A DNA stretch of 64,000 nt from Podarcis bocagei (lineage: Eukaryota). The position numbers and the translations under genes are program-made. Shown here piece by piece: positions 41,401 to 58,509 of the stretch. The notes below the pieces were generated by a model that saw only the letters and a program-made list of their open reading frames with translations, was not told where the DNA came from and searched no databases. The first letter of the stretch is position 1. Each line of letters opens with the position of its first letter. The stretch is taken from NCBI GenBank assembly GCA_964188305.1, contig OZ076886.1; one strand, written 5' to 3'.

Positions 41401-43235
41401 CTCCTTTGGACTACAGTCTACTTCATCAGCAAACATATTTCCTGTCTATGGTTTTCTTATTATTATCATGAGGTTGCTGTGGTAGGCAACCTACCAGTCT
41501 CTCTTCGTTTTACATTGGGTAGAACCAGCAAATAAAAGTATTCACTAACAAACAAGGCGCAAGCCAAAATTAGCACTGTGAGGGGGACTGTTTGCCTAAT
41601 TTTGGCTGGATTAGTCACTATAATATCATTATCTGCTCTGCACACAGATCAAAAGAATTACATTTTGAAAGTACTTTATCTAGACTGCTTTCTCCCCCTT
41701 CTCTCTTATTTTAGCTAGCCCGTGTACTCAAGGGGGAAAATATTTTCAAAACTCTCACACTGCAGTTCTATCTCTGCTAAGTATCTCACATTATGTAAAT
41801 CATTTCCATTATACACCGATTTTTTTACACTTTACGTATTAAAAATGCAATCAACAAGGCCTGTATCTATGCAGCATTAGAAATGGGACATATATATCAC
41901 TTTTAAACCAATGTGGTGCCAAGTATTCTCAGGTTTAGAAATCTGTTTTCACACTACAAAATTCATTGATGAGAATGGCTCGAGATTTCATCTAAGAGAA
42001 TGGCTTAGCTAAAACAAAACTAGGAGGCACACCCATTTTCATTTATGTAACCAAGTAGTTTGAGATGTTTCAATGGTAAGATTCTAGGTTGGCTTCTAAA
42101 GCTGCTAGGTAACTGTAATGTACTTGTCCATACAGACAACTTTGTATAAAAAGTTTATTGGTATTGATAAGAGCATTACTACAACTAGTGTAATGCAAAT
42201 CAAAGCATCTTCTTCTCCTCTAACCCCACCATTCAGAAAGAGAAGCATTTCATAGTTTTAACAGTTGCGTAAGATTATCATGCACTGAATTTGATCCAGA
42301 CTGGAAAAATGTCCCCTTGTCCATTGCCACATCCCTTCTGCATATTATTTTAAAAAAACAACATACCAAATGTATTATATGTTAGGTCATGTGTTTGGGC
42401 CAGTTTCTAAAGGGTGCTTTGTATCTGTTTACCATGAAGTGAGAGGGCAGAATAAAATGAAGCTCATACCAGAACTTGGTTTTTGATTTGGCATACCCAT
42501 TTCGAAGGCAAGTATTTTAAACCTCAACCTGAAGAGAGACAACAACATCTATGGCCTTCCTCACATGGGTGCCAAAGGATTTGGGGGGGGCGCGGGGACG
42601 TAAAACACTAAAAAGCGGAAGGGAGGGCTAATTTCTCACCAAAAAACCTATAAGCACATTTTGCCTCCTTTCTCTGGTTCTACAAATGCTAGAAAGATGA
42701 GACTCTGGGGAAGATGGTTCATGGCTGGAGTGTTCTCCCCCGCCCCAACACCACCTTTGCTCTCTCACATGCATTTTATTTTGCTTTCGGAGTTAAGTGT
42801 TCCCGCCCAAGGAAGAGTTCTGTGTAACTCGGAAGCGCACAACCATAACACAGACCCGATGAAGCCTGCAATCGTTTCCCAGCAGGGCAATATCGGATCT
42901 GGATGCACCAAGAAAGCGTCTCTTTAGCCGGTTTTCTCCAACCCCCGCATCGTTATTCCCCCTTCCCACGATATAGATACACAGTGCGTGTGTACGTGTA
43001 CCATGATCAGGAGATTCCCGTCCTTTTCCCCGAGAGAGGGATGAGGGACCCAGGGAAAGACTTGAACCCTCCCCTTTGAGAAAAAGAAACCCACCACCGC
43101 CCTGACCTCGCCTCCCCTTCCTCGCCCCTCCTGCCGCCGCCGCCTCACCGTGTAGGTCTCCACCAGCTCCGAGCCAAGGATCCGGACCCCTTTCGGGGGC
43201 TCCTCGCCCTCCTCCCCGGCCCCGACCACCTCCAT
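10037..43235 (-). CDS. NISCH: Nischarin (PX domain + LRRs + C-terminal region), complete, 21 coding exons, 1418 aa
   Basis: Exons: 43149-43235, 35671-35754, 33953-34135, 32739-32787, 31610-31773, 30109-30204, 29138-29233, 28594-28746, 28103-28171, 27608-27793, 26665-26793, 25281-25394, 23394-23502, 20709-20827, 19045-19100, 17247-18560, 16063-16237, 14991-15144, 13823-13951, 13116-13277, 10037-10665. All introns are GT-AG with compatible phases; total 4257 nt. Diagnostic peptides: [29 protein letters not shown] (PX), LDLSYNKL (LRR), [14 protein letters not shown] and C-terminal [12 protein letters not shown]. Confidence 0.96.
12305..12367 (-). mobile_element. CR1 LINE 3'-end fragment (63 bp)
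   Basis: (TTCTATGA)n-type tail on the minus strand; identical to 44605-44667. Confidence 0.75.
13641..13718. repeat. 39-bp tandem duplication (2 copies)
   Basis: GTATATAAGACCAAATGGTTATGATAAACTGGAACTACA / GTATGCAAGACTAAATGGTTATGATAAACTGGACTTACA. Confidence 0.85.
14168..14405 (+). mobile_element. Tc1/mariner-type MITE, family A
   Basis: TIRs CAGTGGTACCTC...GAGGTACCACTG flanked by TA on both sides. Confidence 0.88.
17247..18560 (-). CDS. NISCH: NISCH large internal exon 16 (1314 bp)
   Basis: Matches ORF-track 17243..18559. Contains [21 protein letters not shown] and [25 protein letters not shown]. Acceptor aataaag|C, donor AG|gtgagg. Confidence 0.95.
20298..20487 (+). mobile_element. LINE (L2/CR1-group) 3' end with (TTA)n tail
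   Basis: ...GCCGCCCAGAGTGGCTGGGG...GGGGTATAAATAATAAA followed by a long (TTA)n array. Confidence 0.6.
20446..20523. repeat. Compound microsatellite (TTA)n(CT)n(CA)n
   Basis: Directly visible. Confidence 0.95.
22646..23041 (-). mobile_element. Sauria SINE in NISCH intron 13
   Basis: (AAAGGT)n tail at the left; body homologous to the copies at 56404 and 62573. Confidence 0.85.
25815..26571 (+). mobile_element. Solo LTR (757 bp) in NISCH intron 11, antisense to NISCH
   Basis: Termini TGTCAG...CTGACA, perfect 5-bp target-site duplication ATATG (25810-25814 / 26572-26576), AATAAA near 26499, and GC/CpG-rich relative to the flanks. Confidence 0.85.
31928..31973. repeat. 23-bp tandem duplication
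   Basis: CTATATATCATAATAGTACCA(G/A)G twice. Confidence 0.85.
35203..35232. repeat. (CTCTT)n microsatellite
   Basis: Directly visible. Confidence 0.9.
36972..37008. repeat. (AATAT)n microsatellite
   Basis: Directly visible. Confidence 0.95.
39814..40674. mobile_element. Old hAT-like non-autonomous DNA transposon
   Basis: Imperfect TIRs TAGTGGTGTAG / CTAAGCCACTG, TTGCCCTGGG motif near both ends, degenerate 8-bp flanks GTGTTGGA / CAGTTGGA, GC-rich interior. Confidence 0.55.
40984..41230. mobile_element. Tc1/mariner-type MITE, family B (related TIRs, different CpG-rich core)
   Basis: TA|CAGTCATACCTC...GAGGTACCACTG|TA; core unrelated to family A. Confidence 0.75.
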
Positions 43236-43720
43236 CTCGGCCGCTCTTCAGGCAAGAAGAGGGCAGGGCAGGGCGCGAGGGACGCGGGGCGGGAAGGCGC
43301 CGCTGGGGCGGAGGAGCTGCGCTCACTCGGCCGCTCTTCTCAGGCGAGCTCTGCCGGCCGCTGCTGCTGCTGTTGTTGTGGCGGCCGCTGCTGCTGCTGC
43401 GCTGCCCCCTCCCCACGGGCCGCTGCCAGCGCAGCACCCGCCGCCGTCACAGCCGCCATGTTCGGCTTCACTCCGCCCGCCTGCCCGCCTCCCTAACTCG
43501 GCTGGCTCCGGCGGGGGCGGGGCGAGGAGCAGGAGGAGGAGGCCTCGAGAGACGCCGCCGCGCGACAACTGACACTCGCAGCCTGCGGAAGGGTCGAGGA
43601 AGCCCCGGGCGTAGGGGGCGGGGCTAAAGCGCGGGAGGGGGGGAAGGAAGAAACATGGACTTTCGAAAGAAGTAGAGCCGCAGCTCCTTCAGCTGGAGGA
43701 CGGAGCTTCCGGGTTACTTT
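43010..43720. promoter_or_regulatory. CpG island / NISCH promoter and exon 1
   Basis: Abrupt rise in GC and CpG content. GC boxes (GGGGCGGGGC near 43515 and 43614) and ETS-like CGGAAG/CTTCCG motifs near 43586 and 43706. Confidence 0.85.
43340..43459 (-). CDS. Putative upstream ORF in the NISCH 5' leader (39 aa, Ala/polyGln-rich)
   Basis: ATG in strong Kozak context (gccgaacATGG) encodes MAAVTAAGAALAAARGEGAAQQQQRPPQQQQQQRPAELA*. It stops about 105 nt before the main ATG and is in a different frame. Confidence 0.5.
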   Translation of the reverse strand: MAAVTAAGAALAAARGEGAAQQQQRPPQQQQQQRPAELA

Positions 43721-44604
43721 CGACCCCTAAAAAAAAAAAAGAGGCAGCTCCTCAGAGGAGAGGTAATGGAGTGCAACGTGGCCCGAGTGTTCCCTGCATT
43801 TTTCTAGCAACGGTGCCCCATCTGTTGCTTGTTCCCATCTGCTTTGGAACCAGTCTGTTGACTTGCAGCTTCACCCCTGAGTTTCTTTTGGAAAGAAGGT
43901 GTTGCAGTTCTGATACGGTGCTGACATAAGAAGCCGGTTGCTCCGCCAGCCACTCTTGACTAGTGAGTCCTTGGCCTGTGCTACTGAGCCACCCGCATCT
44001 ATTACTACAAAAGTTAACCCAGACAACACAGACTGCCTCGTTATGTTGCAAATCACCCCTACAATCTGGCTTTTGCTGTTATAATGGTAGCCTGCACCTG
44101 TGAAGGAGGCTCCATTTTTGCCTGGAGAGGCACGGAAAGAACCTCCATTATGCAACGTAGATATGTCCAGGCAAATACTGTTTATGAACAAATTGCTTCA
44201 CCTCATGAGTACACCCATGGACGTAAATCTTTGCCATCCTGTTATCCTTTGCTATCACAAAATTCAAAGGTAAACAAAAGAGATTTAGATGGAAGAATCC
44301 TCATGGAATGTTAAGCTAATAAATAATCAGCTGAAACGCTAATAGAAAACTTGCCCTTCCTTCTCCCTCACCGGAGCAACTATCCAGCAAGGCCCAAAGG
44401 ATGTGGCAATCTTTCTGTCCTCGCTAGCTCTCAGCTGGCTCATTAACCAACTATTTTTCTCTACCTCTTAACCACAGTCTGTCTTGCTCTTCAAAATGCT
44501 TTTTTTTTTTTAAACTCCTGTGGCTCCAGGGAGACATTACCAAAAACAGAATAAGAGCTTTTAAGTTCTGCACTCAATTTTTTCTTTCCTAGCTACTGTA
44601 TGAA

Positions 44605-44667
44605 TCATAGAATCATAGAGTTGGAAGAGACCACAAGGGCCATCGAGTCCAACCCCCTGCCAAGCAA
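44605..44667 (-). mobile_element. CR1 LINE 3'-end fragment (63 bp)
   Basis: Identical to 12305-12367. Confidence 0.75.
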
Positions 44668-45376
44668 GAGTATGAGTCCCAAGCAAGTTTTGTTTTTCTT
44701 TTCTGAACATGACTTTAAATTTTTTTAAATGTAATTTATGACAACTGTCTGGGGCATGCGTTTTAAGGATTATTTTTGGACTTGTCTACGTTAACCTTTA
44801 TGGTAGGATTTAGATCTCTAATAATTTATGTAACCTCTTTAAGAATTACTATATTAATAGTGTCTGTTGTTTTGCTTATAGCTCCTGAAAAATGCTTTAT
44901 TATTTTACTTCTGAATGCAGTACAAGAACAAGCTTTGCAGCAGTGTGAACCAGAGCCTGTTCACCTTTTTGGCTCATTCATCAAGTAGAGCCAGCCAGTA
45001 CCAGCCTAAGACAGTTTGCTATAAGTGGCGAAGGACAAAATGGTCCTTTCCCTACCCGCATTCCATGTTCAGAAACCCACCAGACTGGCAAGCAAACACC
45101 AGGGCTGGAGCAGCATTCTCCACTGTGCCTGAAGGCAGCAAGCTAGTTTAGAGGGCACAGGGCAGCTCGGTTCTCCACCACCTCACAGCTATTTTCCTGG
45201 CCACCTCCTGGCCACATCACACTGCTTAATGATAGGGTGCCCCAGAGCCATCCATTACCTGAGAATGCAAGTGCAGAGGATGAAGAATTTAGAATGCCAA
45301 CTCTTAGCATTGGAAGAATGGAGAAAAACCTCTCCCTTTGACCAGGAGGATATTTAACATTTGTTATAATTATATA

Positions 45377-45591
45377 CAGTGGTACCTCTGGTTACAAACT
45401 TAATTTGTTCTGGAAGTCCGTTCTTAACCTGAAACTGTTCTTAACTTGAGGTACCACTTTAGCTAATGGGGCCTCCTGCTGCCGCCGCACGATTTCTGTT
45501 CTCATCCTGGGGCAAAGTTCTTAACCCGAGGTACTACTTCCGGGTTAGCGGAGTCTGTAACCCAAAGTGTTTGTAACCCAAGGTACCACTG
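45377..45591 (-). mobile_element. Tc1/mariner-type MITE, family A (inverted copy, NISCH-TNNC1 intergenic)
   Basis: Same TIRs and TA duplication; internal sequence is the reverse complement of the other copies. Confidence 0.88.
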
Positions 45592-46700
45592 TATTAGTCT
45601 TATTGATCTTATGTTAGCTGCTTCATGAGCATTGTTGGCTGATGTGGGGGTAAAACACAATATGACTGATCAAATAAATATAGGAAATAAATCCATGTTA
45701 AGTGATCCTGACTATTGTAGTGCCATTCTTACGTACCTCTACTCATTCAAAGTAAAGCCCACTTGCAAATTCTTCACATAAGTTTCCATTTACAGATGAA
45801 TTAGTTTCTTGCCAGCTCTACCTACCTGTGTGCAAACACAGTTGGACAGAGGGGGGAGCTCTGAATCAATGGAGAGAGAGATTGTTCACTCTGGCATATG
45901 TATAACCTCAATACCAATGCATGTCCCTAAACAAGCTAAGTGAATGATGGAACAAATTGTTTTGCCAAGGGTCGACATGAGTTAAGAATTTAACCAGCTT
46001 ACCCCACAGATGCTTGCAGAGAATTTGGTAAGAGTCAGTTCAAACATTTGGACTATTGTGTGGTACAGTTATTCTGATGGAAGACTCTCCTTCACTACTT
46101 AAAAAGGAAACAGAAGTGGTTCCATTGGGTGGAGTGAAGGACTGTGCCATAAACCTGCATGTGAAAGGTTTATATTTGAATTGTTTCTCAATTGTCACAG
46201 AGTGTACAGCTAGACCACCATAGGCTCATGTTCTTGCCCCGACATTGTGATACACGTGTGGAATCTGGAAAAGGCTTCCTTTGGAAAGGACAGGTCTTCC
46301 AATAGGATACTCATGTTCTGTTGGTAGAAAATCAGCTGTGCATAGTATACAAAGCACTGGTTTTGCTGTCAGTAAGTCATATGGATGAATTTGAGCGCGG
46401 AAAACTAAAGCACCCCCAAAATGTGGAACCATCATTCCGTACGTGTGCCATCTGATCCCTGAAAGAAGCATAAGTGTAGCAAAGATCAGGTTGCACTTTA
46501 GTTCTGAAGTATAAAACAAACAAAGTAAGCATCAGTGGAATTAGGATCATGTTTTAGAAATGTCAGCTGTAACAGACTTTGCATGCTTCCCATTGAGACA
46601 AGGTGAAGAGTCTTGCTTAGAATGGATAGGATGGCTTTATATGCCGGGCTGTGTAGCGATCAGCAGTCCCTGGCTGACACATTTAGGGCTGACAGCCTAC

Positions 46701-46708
46701 TATATAAG
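46701..46708 (+). promoter_or_regulatory. TNNC1 TATA box
   Basis: TATATAAG about 100 bp upstream of the TNNC1 ATG. Confidence 0.7.
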
Positions 46709-46803
46709 CAGAGCTTCAAGGGACAGAGAGCTGGCAGAGACCTTAATTTTGTCTCTGTACAGTTTGTCATCTCCATCCAGCACCGGGCCAACAGTAACAA
46801 ACC

Positions 46804-55589
<8,786 letters not shown>

Positions 55590-55953
55590 GCATGAGATCT
55601 CTGGAAAAGCAGCCTCGGACACCTCCAGTTCTGTTTTCCTTACTACTTGCATGATGTCATGTACTGAAGATGGTGAACATCAGGAAAGTGTGACCCATAT
55701 CTTAAGTGCCTCAGATAGTCATCCAATGGAATATTTATTGAGTCAGGTTGTGGTCCTGTTTACTTGTTATTGCTTTCCATGATTATAACGTGCCCTTTAA
55801 TGTATGAATGGGTTGTGCAGGTGACAATGAAAAATGAGGCTTAAATGACTATTGAGACATTTAATAATTCACTACAAACTCTGATTTAACAGTGGAGCTA
55901 CAGCTCATCCTCCACCAGTGTCAAGCGGAATGTAAAAGTACAGTGTGTACAGA

Positions 55954-55984
55954 AATAAAAATTTCTTTTTGAAATGCTAATAAA
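55954..55984 (+). terminator. TNNC1 polyadenylation signals
   Basis: Two AATAAA hexamers (55954-55959, 55979-55984) followed by a GT-rich tract. Confidence 0.75.
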
Positions 55985-56403
55985 ATTATTTTAAAACTAA
56001 AGTTGTTGTTGGTTTTGCAGAAGACTTTCACTGCCAAAAGGTGCTAGGGATGCTTGTCAACATTTCAGGTTTGGGTTTATACTGCAGTGTCCTCATCAAA
56101 CATGTTGTGTACTGTATTCTCTGAACATATTTTTGTCAAGGTCTGTTTCTTTATTTCAAGAATTTTTACCCAGCTCTTCAGCCAAAAACATTAGGTAGCA
56201 ATCCTCAATATACTCCTTTAGATGCTTGCGAAAAACTTTGATTTCACCAAGCGCAAGATTTAGTCATATGCATACAGTATTTGTTTTTAATATTTGCTGA
56301 TTTTATCTATTGATAATTGATGTATGTACACTGCTTAAAGGTGTATCATCATCATCGCCACTATCACCCTGTAAAAAAAAAAAAATGCTCCCAATGCAGC
56401 TTA

Positions 56404-56741
56404 AAAGGGTAAAGGGACCCCTGACCATTAGGTCCAGTCGTGGCCGACTTTGGGGTTGCGGCGCTCATCTCGCTTTATTGGCTGAGGGAGCCAGGTCATG
56501 TGGCCAGCATGACTAAGCCGCTTCTGGCGAACCAGAGCAGCACATGGAAACGCTGTTTACCTTCCTGGCGGAGCGGTACCTATTTATCTACTTGCACTTT
56601 GAAGTGCTTTTGAACTGCTAGGTTGGCAGGAGCAGGGACCGAGCAACGGGAGCTCACCCCGTCGCGGGGATTCGAACCGCTGACCTTCTGATCGGCAAGT
56701 CCTAGGTTCTGTGGTTTAGACCACAGCGCGAAGCGCGTCCC
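56404..56741 (-). mobile_element. Sauria SINE between TNNC1 and the opsin
   Basis: Reverse-complement SINE flanked by a 14-bp target-site duplication CCCAATGCAGCTTA (56390-56403 / 56742-56755). Confidence 0.88.
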
Positions 56742-58154
56742 CCCAATGCAGCTTACTGATCAATTAAAAAACACACACACCAGACAATTCTTGCTCTCAA
56801 GATTACAATCTAAAAGGCATGTGGCAACAGGAATAAGGAATGAGGAAGGAAGATGGGGGCGGGGGGAAGCAATCTCAAGCACCAAAGTTATAGCTCTAAT
56901 AACAAGCAGCTGGGATGGAAGTGTTCAGTCAGAGTGAATGAAAGGCTGCTGCTAAGTGACAATTGACTATCCGTCAAAGGCAGCTGGTTTCTCAGCAGAG
57001 TTGGCTGGATAGGCCACCTTCCCTGCTTTGCCTTCTGTTCTGCAGCCTGGTGAAATGGACTGCATGATCTGAGATTCTTAGGATGCCCAATTTTTCACCT
57101 TCTATTAGCTTCTGCACCCAAGCTGGCTATTAACATACTTTCAGAAATGTAACACTGGAAGACTTTTATTTATTAGAGCAGAGAGCATTTCTTCAGATGC
57201 TTAAAAGATACTGATCCATGGGTTGTTTCGACTCTTAGGTTTTGAGGAGCCCCTGAGCCAAGGAGTCCTTGGTGCGCTTGACCTCCTCTGCCATGTGCTC
57301 CTCCTGCCAACTTGTTTGGACTCTTTTTCCAGCTACAATCTGCACAATTGCCCAGAGGGAGTTGCTGCTCCATCGCCTCGCCCTTGTCATTTATTGCACG
57401 CTCAGAGGGCAGGTGAGCAGGCAGCAATAGCAAGGGGTTGGAGCAGCAAGGGGCTGCAGAGAATGGCAGTGGGCCCACTTCAGGGGCAAGTGCCCAATGA
57501 CCGCCCCCTCCAGTGCCATTCCTGTGAGTGGGACTCTGGTGGCAGAGTGGAGATGGAAGACTCAGTTCACACTTCCCAGCACTGCTACTCTCCAGAGTGG
57601 CATATATTTGTGTTTAGTTACATATGATCTTAACATCTATATTTCAGGGTTGTTTGTCTGTCACTATCACTTCCAAAGCAGAGCATATTAACAAGAGGTT
57701 TATCTTCTTTCAAAGCAAGAGCTGGTATTCTGGAGAAAAAGATGACAGACATAAAAGACTGATAGGTTCTTCTACCCATTTCCCAGACCTAGAGCAGACT
57801 GCATAACTACCATTCTCATGGGCTTCAAAGCAACTCACAATTATTTATCATTTATCTAGATCCGAAATGACAACAAGCACAAAAGATGAGTGCTACACTG
57901 CAGAGAGAGGCACTTCAGATACACAATTAAGTGGTTTCCAAGAGATGTGTTTTTCTAATAGTTTGGGCCCAGGGCTTTCAAACATGCTATATATTCATTC
58001 CCCAGGCATAAAAACAAGAATGGATTCAAACCCAAAAGGGATAATGTATTATTGCATCTTTCAGAGAGTGTCTTTTGTGAGAGACATAATAGGAGAATTA
58101 CGAGAGCTCATTATCCTTTGCACAGGGATCACTTCTTGCAAACAAAATGGAAAG

Positions 58155-58509
58155 ATGAATCATTCTCTGTTTTCCTCCAATGCTTCAACATCCCTTGGAC
58201 CGAATGTGACGTGTAACACCATCACCTGCTTGGATCAGGTCAGGGAAAGGAAATACAAGTTTGGTCTTGGGGTGCTTATGATCCTTGGCACGCTTCTGGG
58301 TATTTGGTTCAACGGAACCATCATTCTACTAACCATCAAGCACAAATTTCTCAGGGTTCCTATTAATTACGCTGTGGTGAACTTGTCGGTTGCAGACATG
58401 GGCAGTATAGTCATTGGACTCTGCCCCACGACGGATGCTAATCTGCATGGGTATTACTTTGAAAACAAGTCTTTCTGCATCTTCCAGGGCTTTTCCGTTG
58501 CTCTGTTCG
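58155..58509 (+). CDS. Opsin coding exon 1 (N-terminus, TM1, TM2, start of TM3)
   Basis: MNHSLFSSNASTSLGPNVTC... has three N-glycosylation sequons (NHS, NAS, NVT) and ends FCIFQGFSVALFG|gtaagt, at the intron-1 position typical of ciliary opsins. The start codon is inferred. Confidence 0.88.

Noticed and set aside
42793-43627. Several Gly/Arg/Ala-rich ORFs of 64-214 aa
   Set aside because: By-products of the stop-poor CpG island. Only NISCH exon 1 and the Kozak-supported uORF were kept.
57000-58150. CRX/OTX or Ret-1 photoreceptor promoter elements upstream of the opsin
   Set aside because: Only weak partial matches, and the TSS is unknown.
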